Assembly (NCBI RefSeq): GCF_001447785.1
Contig: NW_015169194.1
Location: 730,854 to 794,853 of the forward strand
Source: Gekko japonicus
Taxonomy: Eukaryota
DNA length: 64,000 bases
Direction of reading: 5' to 3'
Position 1 is the first letter of the stretch. Each line of letters opens with the position of its first letter. The notes beneath the pieces were generated by a model that searched no databases, was not told the origin of the DNA, and worked only from the letters and a program-made list of their open reading frames with translations. This document shows, in pieces, positions 51,031 to 64,000 of the stretch. The translations under genes and the position numbers were made by a program.

Positions 51031-51580
51031 CTAGAAATAAGGCCCGTTGTGGAAATAAATACAACGGGATCTAGAAAGAGGCTCTGGGAGAGTGCTCTGG
51101 CTTTGGGCAAACAGTGTCAGTTTCCTGTGGCGACCTCAGCAGGGTATAATGACAGAGTGCACTGTTTTCTCCAGAGGGACTGCTCTGAGCTACCTGAAGA
51201 GCATTTGTATTTTTGAGTTATCTGTAGCCCTCACCTGGAGAGTGGTAACAATTGTTACCCAGGCTCCACCCCTCATATCTCCAGGAATTTCCATATGTAA
51301 AGGTGGCAATGCACCAAACAGAGGGGGACAGAGAGGCGGGGAGAAGGTAAGAAGGGGGTTGGAGGGAGGGCTGCAGCCATCTCTCTTTGCTGCTGAGAAA
51401 TGCGGAGTAGGGTCTTGGACAGGTTCTCCGTGGTGTTGGGCTTGCCCCGCGGCAGGAGAAGTGGCAAATGGATAGGGGAGCTTGGGGGGCGCTGGTTGGA
51501 GTGGAGGGCTGGAGGCTTGGAGTTGGGGGGGCGGGCAACGGGAGGTCGGAGGTGCCACTCGCCGGGCCAAGAGGGTGGGA

Positions 51581-53234
51581 ATTCCCCCCCAACTTCTATC
51601 TTTTGCCTTCGCTAATGGCCACCTTAAAGGGAACCTTTCCCTTTCTTTCCCCTTTGTCTTATTTCATGCGGGCTTAGTTTAGTTTTACCTTCTAGGTCCT
51701 ATTTTTTCAATGCCTTTCAAATACAAACATCAACTATACTTTGGTTATTTTTTGTGGTTCTATAATGTTGAGAGACTCCAATTGGTTCTGTAGGCGCCGT
51801 CTTGTGCTCGGCGTCTGTCAGGCATTCTTATTAGCCTTCCACTTCAAGGCATCCCATAGGGTCTCAAGACGGTTGCCAGCCTGTCTTGAATATGGGGGAA
51901 AAGCCTCTTGCTTTCGGTTTCCCCCTCTGAGGGAAACCAGGTGGGGGGGAAATGGAGAACCCCCTAAAAGGTTAAAAGAAATAAAGTAGGCGAGCAGCTG
52001 CTGCTACGAACGTCCACTCTTGGCGAAACCAGAACCGGATCGCCCCCTTTTTAGGTTCTTGATGTCTTTTTAAAAACTGCTTCGCTTTCGTAAAAGAGTC
52101 AATCTTTTCTTTTTTGCCTTTGTAGTTGAACATCAAGACTTCAGGTAGTATCCATCAGTAGGCAGTGGTATTTTCCCGTAGGAAGGTGGTTAAATTCTTG
52201 TATTGTTTTCTCTTCTTCCTTATCTCAAATGGAATGTCTTTTAGTATTCTGATGTCTTCTTTGATTTTCAGTGTAGTCCCAGATGTTGCTTTCAATATTG
52301 CATCTCTTATAGATCTCTTAGAGAATCTGACGTATATTTCACCAGGCAGGTTTTTTTTCTTAATAAATTCTGAATATTTGGTAGATCATATCCATTTCAC
52401 TTTGTAATACTTCTGCCTTAATGCCTGTTGCTGGTGCAAGCGCTTCACTGAGAATTTCTTTCAGATTCTCAGATTTGTCTTCTGGCACTCTTTGAAATCC
52501 CAACACATATGAAGATTTTCCTATTTGTAGCTGCAAAAGTTGAGTTTTATCTGAAGATCTTTCTTTTTCCAGAACTTCCAGTCTTTGGTCAATTGCTTTG
52601 GTCTTGTTTTCAACTGCCTCTGTTGTTTTGTTGGGTTTTTTAGCTGTTTTTGTAAAGACTCCAAGGTCTTGCTGATGTTAGTCATCTGAGCCACCAGAGG
52701 TTGCAATGCAGTATCCAGCATGCCTGCAAAGTCAAAGTTCACTTTCATTTTAGAGACTGGACGTGTTGAGCTGGCAGTTCCTTGTTGAAGTTTCACTTTC
52801 ACCGCCATCTTTCAGCCCGATAAGACATTGTTTATGTTTTGTAAAAGTTTGTTTAATTCTTTAGAAGTTTATTTGCTTTGATGCCTTAACAGTCTGGCAT
52901 TGTACTGATTTAATTCCGCCATCCACTCAAACACCGCCACTTTCTGTCCCCTCTAGTGCATTTAAATCTTTGTTGTTTTCAAGGGGTGGGTAGCTCCCCC
53001 CCCCCCCCCCCCTTCGTTTGTGNNNNNNNNNNNNNNNNNNNNNNNNNNNNNNNNNNNNNNNNNNNNNNNNNNNNNNNNNNNNNNNNNGAGAGTCACCCCC
53101 AGCACCCCAGGCTGAGATCCCTCTACAAGGGCTCTGGGGGGAGTCCAGAACCATCCAGACCCTCTCCCTGTTGCTGTGTCACGGCTGCTTCGGAGGAGCG
53201 TGCCTGCCATCAACACGCCAAAACCAGAAGTCCC
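51581..53234 (-). mobile_element. Degenerate L1-ORF1 element related to 17490
   Basis: 5' GGGACTTCTGGTTT; ORF1 from 52808 (L.PL..QMTNI, DIPFEIRKKRK); no endonuclease after the stop. Confidence 0.75.
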
Positions 53235-53760
53235 AGCCTGGCATGTTTAGGGCCCAAAATAGCCAGACAGTTTTGGGATCCTGACCGCAGTGCTCTTTGG
53301 GGAACATGTGGGAAAAGGTGGTCCCTCAGGTAGGTAGGCCCCTGACCATAAAGGACTTTAAAGGTAAGCACCAACACCTTGAAGCAAATCCAGTATGCTA
53401 TAGGCAGCCAGTGCAGTGCTTTTAGCACAGGCTGAATGTGCTCCCACATAGGAGACCCAACAACAGCCTGACAGCTGCATTCTGCACCAGCTGAAGCCTC
53501 CAGATTTGGTACAAGGGCAGCCCCACGTAGAGAGTGTTACAGTAGTCTAACCTCGAGGTGACCATTGCATGGATCACTGTCACCAAGTCGTCGTGTTTGA
53601 GGAAGGGAACCAGCTGCTTGATCAGCCAAAGATGATACAAAGCTTACTTAGCAGTAGATGCTACCTGGGCCTCCATGGTTAGGGAGGCATCTAAGAGCAC
53701 TCCCAAGCTCCTAACCTCCGATGCCGGCACCAATGGTACACCGTTGAATGGTAAACCCAG
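53235..53760 (-). mobile_element. L2 RT C-terminal fragment
   Basis: VIHAMVTSRLDYCN...LQLVQNAA...LHWLPI. Confidence 0.88.
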
Positions 53761-54469
53761 AGTTTTGGACTTCTGAGTAATTTCTGTTCCAGACTTGAAC
53801 CAAGAGTGCTTTGAGTATGTTGTATATGTGCTTTTCGAGTACGTTATGCCATTCTCTACAATTTTTGCTACTCTACATGTGTTGATGGCAGGCTCTTTGG
53901 GGGTGCCTAAAACTCTATACTGTGTCTTGTTCTTGTGTGCCCACCTAGGTGAGTAGTTAGAGGACTGCTCCTACATGTGTAAGATGTAGGTTCTAATCTG
54001 GCTTCTTTGTGCTGTTTTGCTATTAACCAGTTGGTGGCCAAAACATTTGGCTATTAACCTTTGCTTTCTTGCCAACACCACCTTCAGTGGGATCCAGACC
54101 CATGCCTCTTGTTTGCTACATGGGTAGATTTTCCCAGTAAGCTGTTGGGGAGTTAACAGGAGTACCTTGCGAAAATGTTGACATGCATTCTTCAATTGTT
54201 GCCCCAGTGTCTACATTCCCCTCATCTGGCAAAGGGCTTGTGTTCCCAAGCACCACCTAGCCCAAGACTGGAACCCTTGTGTGGGAAAGGTGTTGGCCAT
54301 TCTATATTTGGGTTGTCTTTGCTGAGTGAACTACAGGAACATGTAGCTGCTGTGGCTTCATTAGCCAAGCTTCCTTCAACCAAGGTGGTTTGGAAATTGG
54401 AGCACCTTTCCTGTTCCATAATACTAGTGCTCAGGGCAGCCAATTAACTTGATGGGCAAGATTCAGAAT

Positions 54470-54935
54470 GGCTGAAAGGAAATACTGCTTTACTCAAAAC
54501 TTAGTATATATTGTGAAATTCACAGCCAGCGGTGTAGTGGCAGCCATGAGTATAGATGGCTTTAAGAAGGAATTAGCTTAATGGAGGATAGGTCCACAGT
54601 CAATGGCTACTAGCCATGGTAACTAAAGGGAACCTTCATATCCAGAGGCAGTAAACCTCTGAAAACCAGTATTATACAGTAACTTCAGGGAAAGTTTGCT
54701 CCAGGGTAAAAACATAAGAATAGCCCTACTGGATCAAACCAGTGGTACAGCTAGTCCAGCATACTGTTGAAAACAGCAGCCAACCTGCTGCCCCAAAGGG
54801 CCAATGAACAGAGCCTACAGTTCAAGGCATTTCCCGATGTTGCCTCCCATCACTGGAATACAAAGGTAACTGGTTCATCACTGTACAAAATAGGATGCTG
54901 GACCACTGGTCTGATCCAGCAGAATACCTCTTATG
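54470..54935 (+). mobile_element. CR1-type 3' fragment
   Basis: DGFKKEL-like end; ggtctgatccagca...cttatg tail. Confidence 0.6.
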
Positions 54936-57091
54936 ATCCCTGTATGTGGACGCATGCTGGCAAAAGAGAACTTGGTTGCAGGAAGTGACTTGAGTCTACA
55001 TTTACAGAGCTACCTGGACTGGAGTATGTTCACTCTACACCTCTTCCTGGTATTGCCTCCTTCTTTGTTCTGCACATGGCTGGTGATGGGGCCCTGACAT
55101 CAGAGATGTGTGGCTGTGTCTCTGCTGGTTGACTGTGTCTGCTTGCCACAGGGCATGGGAAGCATGCCATGTGTTGATTGGTGCATGCTGGCAGGATTGC
55201 GATTGACTCCAGTGCAATTGCTATGCTCTCAGAACCTTTTTTTTGGGGGGGGGTTCTTGTCACATTTTCGCTCTGCAAAGCAGATGTAGGATACTGACTA
55301 CTGGCAATATAGTGGCATCAGTGTCACAGGACTGAGTTGTAAACCAGGTTAAAATAATGTAAATTAAGAATCTGGGTACTTGGAGTAATGGTGTATCACA
55401 AATTGTGGTGGTCCCTGGCCCTAAAGTATGTCTTATGTGATTTTATAGAGTTTTAAGATTTTTATGGTATACCAATTAGGTACATGGTACCGCTTTGTTA
55501 GCCGCCCTGAGCCTGCTTGCAGGATGGGCGGGGTATAAATATAATAAATAAATAAATAAAGATATCCACCTTTCCTCGATCAGGGCCAGGGCCTTTTTGG
55601 TCCTGACCCCCAACCTGGTGGAACTCTCTGCCAAATACCATCAGGGCCCTGCAGGACCTTAAGCAAACCCGCAGGGCCTGCAAGGTACAGATGTTCCGCC
55701 AGGCTCTTCGTTGAGGACAGCAACAGTTTCCTTCTTGGCTGGCACCCTTTCTCATTCCTCCTGCTGTTTACCTTTATTTTGCCCTCGAAGTAGCTGATAG
55801 TCTGAAATCAGATTAATTAGTATTCACCATCTCTTTTCTTTGGATATGTGTTATTAATGTTTTAATAATTTTATCTGGTTATGTTTTATGTGCATCGCCC
55901 AGAGCTCGGCAATAGCAGGGATTGGGCAATTAATACATCCAATATATAAATAAATAAATCTAATAACACACATTCCTGTTTCAGTTGGCATTCTTGACAA
56001 CTTCGTTGGATTTAAAAGGGTGCAGGTGACATTGCTGCAGTATGGGGATGACCTTGGGGACCCAATGACGACAGAGAGTTGTGGCTGGAAGTTGGCAGGA
56101 TGTTGCCTGCTATACTGATACCAAGGCATGGGGTGGCTAGCATGTGTGGCAGGTGTACATGGAGAGGGCCAGGACTTAAGTGTGATTGGGGCCAACACTC
56201 TGGAGGGCTGGAAGGACAGGTCTAGTTATTGGGCCGGGTGCTTAAACACAGTTGGACGCTGCTGGAGACTGAGAGCTTGCTGAAATGACCAGAGAGTGCT
56301 GCTAACTGCCCTAGGCCTGGGAGTGCTGTTAATGCATTGGGAGGATCGGACAGCTGTCCAATCACTTAACTGAACCTGTAATAAAGAAAATGGAAGCAAA
56401 CTAGACACAAACGGCTTTATTTAGACCATGGAGGTGTGCCCTCCACCCAGGTTGCTCCTGGTCTCCTCACTGCAGGTTCCCTGTCTCACTGCCCCCCCCC
56501 CACCCGCTGGCCCCAGTCACAGTGTGACTCTGTTTAGGATTGCGCTGTTACATCTGCTATCTACATTCACGTTGTTTCCCAGGCAAAGCTTCTTTAGTAT
56601 ATCTGGACACTGAACACTTTTTTTGTGTCAGTCTGGCAAACATACTGCTTCAGTGCAAAAACATTTGCAAAGATTGCTTTCTGCCATGGCTTCAGTTTTT
56701 CACAAATGGGAAGTCATATACAATTTTAAAATGTGAAGAGAAGGGACAATAAAAACACATGTGAGAAAATGTTTATCTTTGCTTGCTCTTCCAATGTCAG
56801 TGCTAAGAACAACTGTTTTTTGTTTGGAGAACCACAGGAAAGTACAATGGAACAGAGAGAAGAAAAATGAAAGAAAATACCTTGACCTATACAAAAGGAT
56901 ACATGTCTTGGAACCACACAAAAGTGGCGTACTTTGTTTCAGCAGTGGACTTTATTCAGTGCTATCACAAAAGTTTCGTTGTTTCACTTGGGCATCCTAT
57001 TCCACACAATGTTATATGTTATTCTGTATCTTGCCCACATCTGATCATTTTTGTTACTGCATAAATACATCATCATTGCTATTGTGACTTT

Positions 57092-57348
57092 AAAAAAAAA
57101 TATTTTAATTGAAGAACTATATTACAACCAACAAAAAGGTACATAGATTGTATATAACATCATCTAGTGTTTAAGCTAAATTATATCAATTCAACATATC
57201 TCCTTATATTTATATTTCTTTACAGAAAGCTGTCTTCTTCTTCCCTTCTTTCAAAATGATCATTAATTATGCATTGAAACATGCGTAATTATTAGCTTCA
57301 TAAGCTCCAGCATTTTCTTTCTTGTTTTAATTTGATAATACAATTGAT
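57092..57348 (-). mobile_element. Short non-LTR 3' insertion
   Basis: 12-bp TSD tattgtgacttt. Confidence 0.6.
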
Positions 57349-58351
57349 TATTGTGACTTTTTGAATGAAAAGAAACCCCATTCTAAACAGTTATATAACT
57401 CTTATACTGCTGATATGATCCAAAGTACTATGTCCTTTCTATTCAAAATCTCTCCTGACTATTTCTGAATTTTACACCTTTTATCCTCATTTTGAATGAA
57501 GCTTTGGTCTGAATAGCAGGAATTAAGCACAATCAACATATTCTTCTTTGCATTCCAGGTATGATATACAGGCTTGTGTCAGAGAAACTTGGACTAGCCG
57601 AAGTTTCCTCAGTATCATATCTATGTAAATACAATTACTGCTGTCAAATGTACGCTGTGGTCCAAACTACTGCATGGCCCAGCTATATTTGAATCTAACA
57701 CCAGTCTCTCTTAGAAATATAATTTGAGGGAAAGGAGAGGGGATTCTCTTCCAGCCTTGAGAAGCATGTCTTGAAAACCAGGAAATGGTTAAGTCAGTTC
57801 TTCTTTCTCCACCTTGGTTTCTTATCAGCTGATATAGCTATTATACTCCTCTGGGAAGTGTCTCCTGCAACCTGCTAAAAGAGGTAATGAGACTAGTTGA
57901 AATTTACAGGAGCAGCTCTACAACTAGGGAGTTGAACGATGTGGAGCTAAAGCAGCCCCAAGTCCTTACTCTTGCGGGGAATGAAGATGCCTTTTAGCCC
58001 ACCCACAGTGCTCGGCTGAGTGCCGAAGTTGCGCCCAAGCACCTGGTATTCCGTTCAGGCACAAACCACCCATTGTGCTGCTGCCTTCTTCAGCAGGNNN
58101 NNNNNNNNNNNNNNNNNNNNNNNNNNNNNNNNNNNNNNNNNNNNNNNNNNNNNNNNNNNNNNNNNNNNNNNNNNNNNNNNNNNNNNNNNNNNNNNNNNNN
58201 NNNNNNNNNNNNNNNNNNNNNNNNNNNNNNNNNNNNNNNNNNNNNNNNNNNNNNNNNNNNNNNNNNNNNNNNNNNNNNNNNNNNNNNNNNNNNNNNNNNN
58301 NNNNNNNNNNNNNNNNNNNNNNNNNNNNNNNNNNNNNNNNNNNNNNNNNNN

Positions 58352-59380
58352 TGACAGCCCCTGGGAGTAACAGAAGTGTTCAGGAACTGGGATGACAGGC
58401 CACAGAGTGGAATGACGGCCCCAGGGTGGAGCAGGAGTGTTCAGAAACTGGAATGACAGGGCCAAGAGTGGAATGACAGCTCCAGGGTGGAGCAGGAGTG
58501 TTCTGGGACTGGGATGACAGGCCACAGAGTGGAATGAAAGCCCCAGGGTGGAGCAGGAGTGTTCAGGAACTGGGATGACAGGCCACGGAGTGGAATGACA
58601 GCCCCAGGTTGGAGTAGGAGTGTTCATGGACTGGGATGACAGGGCCAAGAGTGGAATGATGGCCCCACGGTGGAGCAGGAGTGTTCTGGAACTGGGATGA
58701 TTGGCCATGGAGTGGAATGACAGTTCCAGGGTGTACCAGGAGTGTTCTGGTACTGGAATGACACAGCTACGGAGTGGAATGATGGCCCCAGGGTAGAGCA
58801 GCAGTGTTGTGGGACTGGGATGACCAGCCACGGAGTGGAATGGCAGCCCCAGGTTGTACCAGGAGTGTTCAGGGACTGGAATGACAGGCCACGAGTGGAA
58901 TGATGGCCCCAGGGTGGAGCAGCAGTGTTCTGGGACTGGAATGACATGGCCAAGAGTCGAATGACAGCCCCAGGGTGTACCAGGAGTGTTCTGGGACTGG
59001 AATGACAGGGCCAAGAGTGGGATGACATCCCCAGGGAGTACCAGGAGTGTTCAGGAACTGGGATGACAGGCCACGGAGTGGAATGACAGCCCCAGGGTGG
59101 AGCAGGAGTGTTCTGGGACTGGAATGACAGGGCAAGGAGTCAAATGACAGCCCAAAAAAAAAAATAACAGGGCGAAGAGTGAAATGACAGCCCCAGGGTG
59201 TACCAGCAGTGTTCTGGGACTGGAATGACAGGGCCAAGAGTGGAATGACAGCCACAGGGTGGAGCAGGAGTATTCAGGGACTGGGATGACAGGCCACGGA
59301 GGGGAATGACAGCCCCAGGGTGGAGCAGCAGTGTTCTGGAACTGGAATGACAGGGCCCAGAGTGGAATGACAGCCCCAGT
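58352..59380. repeat. ~60/61-bp GGAATGACAG-rich satellite, abuts assembly gap
   Basis: About 17 diverged units of ...gagtggaatgacagccccagggtggagcaggagtgtt... Confidence 0.93.
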
Positions 59381-60867
59381 CCCACACAGGAGCCAAGAGA
59401 AGTGTCTTCCTCAGGAGAGAGTCCGGCCTTCCAGGAGCCACAGCTCGTTTCCTCTAGGCCAGACCCTCCCTGGTGCTGCCGCTGCTGCTGAAGGAAGGTG
59501 GGGGAGCCTTTGAAAGGCACTGGGCAGCCTTCTCTGTGGTACATCCCGCTGAGCCATTGCCCTGATAAAGTGCTGGCCTTGTGGCCGAGGGAGAGGGGCC
59601 GCAAGGGGCAGCGAAGGTGAGTGCTTCCCCTGCTTGCTGTCAGTCGCTAGGTCTGCCTCCTTCTCCCCTGTGGAGGGGTTGCTGCTCCTTTGGTGGAGTG
59701 TCCATCCCCTTTGCCAGTTCCCTCCAGGCTGAGAGTGAGACACTGGCTGCTGGCTCTGTGGGTGGGGCCGAGGCAATACAGCGAGGCAATGCAGCCAGGG
59801 GATTGGGAGTCTGTGAGAGTGGCAGCCGAGTGGGCCAAAGGCTGTGGGAGTGTGTCTAGGAGTCACACCAAAACAGCTTTGTTATATAGGAGAGATAGCA
59901 TAGTATAAAGAAAAGACAGAAAAAAAATAGTTGGTTTTAGAGCAGAGTTAGGCTTATGAGGTATACCAAGCTAATCAATTTAGCCATGTTACATAGGGAT
60001 CATAGAGTTGAGCGTCCCACTTCAAGTCTCACTGCTCAAGACTGCACTGGTTTCTGCTGGATGTAAATTTCTTATTTGAATGGCATTCCAAAAGTATTTC
60101 TATGGTATATTTATGTGAGTACTAGCGAGATAATGGTTTGACAGAAACACAGACATAGAATAAATGAAATATATATGTTATATGAGGAGTCATACTTCAC
60201 AGGCAAGTTTGTTTTTGTTTGCCAGGGACCTTTTGCCTGAGATGTTTACATAAGTCAAGGCTAGCTCAGGGATATTACATTTTATATATTTTTCTGTGTG
60301 TATATGTGAAATACATGCTTGAATTAAAGAAATAGAGTTTCATTTTGTAGCAGTCACTACTTAATCCTTCACTTCTACATTTCCCATCTCCTGTCTTCTG
60401 TCTGTGCTTTTCACTTTTTAAAGTTTTAAGATTTAATTTTTCTTACAGCCAGTTTGGTGTAGTGGTTAAGTGCACGGACTCTAACATAATTTTTTTTTAG
60501 CACAGATCATCTCAAATTTTGTGAGTGTGAAACAGCCTCATCCTTAATGCAGGATAAAAAAATGAAAAGCAGAAGAAGGGAGGTGTGCAGAGATGGGATT
60601 TGTAGAGGAGATGCCCAAGAAAAAGCTGAAGAAAATGGTTGACTGGGACTGATGGGACTGCTGCCTCCTTTAACACAAGGTTCTGCTTCTATAAGCAACC
60701 TGCATTATAGTGCATGAACTTTTGAGATAAAGTAATGATGTCCCCAGACACGAGTAAAGTGAACTGCTTAAGTTGGTGTTACACCAGAATACTTTCTGCT
60801 GCATTCCACCTCAAAAGCATATGTAGTTCCTTGTGAGAAGGTCCCAGCACCCGTGTCTCCTATCTTG

Positions 60868-61143
60868 GCTACCATTAATGAGAGAGAGCTTTGAGAGTTG
60901 GGGTAGGTTTGAACAAAGATGTCACAACAAGCATAGCAATAGAAATTCTAGAGGCGAACTTGGTTCCCAATTTGATGTGGGAAATCCATCACTTTGTAAT
61001 CTGTCCGCTAAGTAGATTGGCCATCTGCCATTTATTGTTTATAAAACTGTATAACCTTTGTCAACTATGCCCCCCTCCCAGAGTACTCAGCGATGCATCA
61101 ATCTGTCTACTTAGCAGACAGATTACAAAGAGATTGATGGATT
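60868..61143 (-). repeat. MER121-like ancient hairpin repeat / candidate conserved non-coding element
   Basis: Minus AATCCATCAATCTCTTTGTAATCTGTCTGCTAAGTAGACAGATTG...ATAAACAATAAATGGCAGATGGCCAATCTACTTAGC matches my recollection of MER121; inverted arms 60983-61019 / 61099-61143. Confidence 0.75.
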
Positions 61144-61354
61144 GCTAATAAATGGCAGATAAACAATAAATGACAGCTGTGACTCTAGCAAAAAGGTGGG
61201 GGGGAGGTTGGCACATATGGTGCATGGGACCAGCTGTGATTGGTAAGTGCGAGGATTCTTCTGCACATTACTGATGTTAGAGACATCTAACATCAAATTT
61301 TAAAGTACCTGGTTCACAGCACAAATCTGAATAGATAAGAGGTATTTTAGTTTC

Positions 61355-61535
61355 CAGGGCTCTTTTTGTATCAGGAATTCCTTTGCATATTAGATGACAC
61401 ACCCTTAATGTAGCCAATCCTCCGAGAGCTTACAGAGCTCTGCTTACAGGGGCTACTGTAAGCTCTTGGAGAATTGGCTACATTAGGAGTGTGTCACCTA
61501 ATATGCAAAGGAGTTCTGCTACAAAAAGAGCCCTG
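61355..61535. mobile_element. Palindromic hAT MITE
   Basis: cagggctctttttgta...tacaaaaagagccctg; TSD ttagtttc/ttaatttc; near full-length hairpin. Confidence 0.85.
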
Positions 61536-62652
61536 TTAATTTCATCTTTTAATTTTTTTCATAATTATACATATCTGGAAAAGATCTTATCCAGCATGGA
61601 ATGTGAAATGAGCTTAATGAATAGTTAGCATTCATAAGTGCTGAGGTAAAGAAGTTGTACTATTTTTGCAAGCCATTCAGATTATAAGCATTACTGACAT
61701 TTAAAATGCAGGGCATATTTTTTTGTGCAGCCATTGATGAAATGGGAAGATCCTGTGCTGATCTAGATGTCTTACTTCTCTTTCTCTTTTCCTCCCTTGT
61801 TTTTGCAGTTGTAGGGAAACATAAAGTGAGGGAATGAACATTTGGAGGTGGCAGGATGGGTAGAAGGATAAAGTTCTTTCATTCTCTCCAGCACCAGAAC
61901 ACAGACAGCCACTATGAAGTGCTCCTGTTCTACTTCTTGATCATATTCTATAGAAGAATGAATAGACTTGTGTATTTAGGTGCCTGAAGGTAGCTTCATA
62001 TGTTCATAAAATCTGCTTCAAATAGTATGTGTTCTGTCACAGTCTAGAATTGAGGCAATTAAACACCAAGGAAAGCAGTTATTTTTTCTATAAGTAAATT
62101 TATAATTGACTATTTTTAAAAATTCTTTTTATTGGTTTTCCAAAGAAGAAGAAAAGAAAAGAAATACTATATTCTTATTTTCTTATTTTCAACACAGCAT
62201 CAAACATTAAATATTTTGTTAAATACTTTGCCTTTTCCTTTACAAAAGCTTTAACTGAACAGCTGGCTCTTGCAGAGGTAGGTCCAAGCCTAAGGCTGGA
62301 TTTTTTTTTTTAAAAAATAAAAAAATAAAAACAGGAATAAGAGATCAAAAGAAAAAAGTTCCATTCAACATTGTGACCATTAATTATCAAATTTAACAAA
62401 ATCACATTGTTTTTTAGTAATCTTAAAATTAACATTTTGTCTTTCTAGCTAATCAGTTTTTATTCTAGGTTACATAGGATTACATCTATATTATGCAATA
62501 TTGCAACCAACTTTTTAAAAAAATCTCTAAATAGATATATAGCAAACCTATAACAATAACAAAATTACTACTACTAATAATAATAATATTGATGACAGCT
62601 ATCACCCTAAAAATAACAATACAACTACAACTACAACTATCACCCTGTAGAA

Positions 62653-62991
62653 CAGGTATGTCCAACAGGTAGATCACGATCTACCAGTAGATCGTGGAAG
62701 GGTCAAAGGTAGATCACCAGCCCCACTTGGTCGCCTGGTTTGCTGGCAAGGTGTTTGGGGTTTTTTGATGATTTTTTGGTGGTATTTGATTATTGGTGCC
62801 AGTATGATGAATTCTTATTTTTACTTTTAGGACTGCATGTGTGGTTTTGGGGGGTGGGGGGTGGAGCCCAACTTTAGTGGGTTAAAATCTAATTTGAAAC
62901 TAATTTGAAACTTTATTTTCATGGTGGTAGATCACCGGCACTTTTGGCCGGAAAAAATCGATCACTACCTGTTCGAAGTTGGACATGCCTG
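62653..62991. mobile_element. hAT-Charlie-like MITE
   Basis: caggtatgtccaac / gttggacatgcctg; TSD ctgtagaa/ctatagaa. Confidence 0.85.
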
Positions 62992-64000
62992 CTATAGAAC
63001 AACAATACCAACTACATTTTTCACTTAACTCCTCCTTCCTTTTTCTTATTGGCTATTCCTGAAATAATGTAAGCATTAGAAAGAAGGGACACACGAAAGG
63101 TAAAATAAAAAGCTGTTCATTCACAATTCTGACCCATAATGACCTAATCCCTCCTCTTCATCTCTTTAGACAAATTTATTTCATTATGTCTTTTAATACA
63201 CTGCAATAAATCATATTTCTTTAAATTTGCCAATACTTCATCCTTTCAAGTTATCTTTTAAATATTTAACCCATTCTTATTTTCTTCTCTTTTTTCCCAT
63301 TTACCTGGTTAGTTATTATAACTCTAGCTAACTATCATTGCTCTAAAACAATTTATTGTAACTCTAGCAGACTATCATTGCTCTAAAACAATCTATATGG
63401 ATTCAATACATGAATAGAAACAAAAATATAGGTAGAAATATCATCCTTCACAACAATCATTTCTAAAAATGCCTCTTTCTGGGACACCTTTTTAAAATAA
63501 TCATTACTAAATGTCGCTTCTCTTTGTATATTTTAAACTTTAAATCCAACATTTGCTACTTCGGGTCTCCCATCTCAATTTTCATGCTTCTAATAACTAT
63601 TCATGCTTCTAATAACTCTATTAATTCTCCTCAAATCCCATTTCAATCTTTTTTGACCTGTGTAGTTGCTCTTTTAAGTAATCGCTTTCAAAGGGTTCTT
63701 CTTTTCCCTTTCAGTTTCCCAAAGTGTCTTATTAAACCTTTTGAGTCCTTCTTTTGTCTCATATTGCTCCCCATTTTTTCCCTAGTTGAAGAAGAGATGT
63801 CCTGTATTTCCTTCTCTTGAAAATGGTCCTGTTCCTCCTCCAAGTTCCATAAGGGCTGAGAAAGTTCTTTCTCATTTTGCAAATCTAACTGTTTATCTGG
63901 AGGGTTTCCAGCAAGATTTTGAAATGTCATTTCCACCGCTTGCTGGATTTCATCACAAAGTAATTTACAGAATTGTTCCAAAGTGACTCCCTTTTTTCAA

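Noticed and set aside
58055-59604. Long minus-strand ORFs / CRISPR-like periodicity
   Set aside because: Tandem satellite plus N gap; no unique spacers; vertebrate DNA.
45495-64000. Downstream neighbour gene exons (e.g. ARL14EPL), including a 20-nt ag..gtgagt candidate at 60501-60520
   Set aside because: No recognisable coding match; splice-like motifs alone are insufficient.
62100-64000. Further L1-dependent element on the minus strand (ORF 63688-63981)
   Set aside because: T-rich ends are suggestive, but there is no diagnostic motif or TSD and it runs off the window.

Overview
Squamate (lizard, probably gecko; inferred from Sauria/Squam-type SINEs) genomic DNA. The + strand carries the last 17 coding exons (4081-45494) of an M1 zinc aminopeptidase best matching laeverin/aminopeptidase Q (LVRN). 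They splice into one uninterrupted frame of 2004 nt (667 aa + stop) with GAMEN and HEVVH-x18-E; the 5' exons lie upstream of the window. Introns and the 3' flank are dense with transposons: two degenerate DIRS tyrosine-recombinase retroelements, L1 and ORF1-only 'half-L1'-like elements, L2/CR1/Penelope fragments, solo LTRs, hAT and Harbinger-like MITEs, Helitron-like elements, SINEs and a MER121-like ancient hairpin. Most notable: (i) a complete, TSD-flanked 1.9-kb L1-ORF1-only retroelement with an intact ORF plus apparent relatives, suggesting a HAL1-like family in a reptile; (ii) two consecutive GC-AG introns flanking the catalytic exon; (iii) Helitron-like elements with CTTG ends and different cargo; (iv) DIRS ends placing strong splice donors just upstream of LVRN acceptors. 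Family names come from recalled motifs, not database searches.
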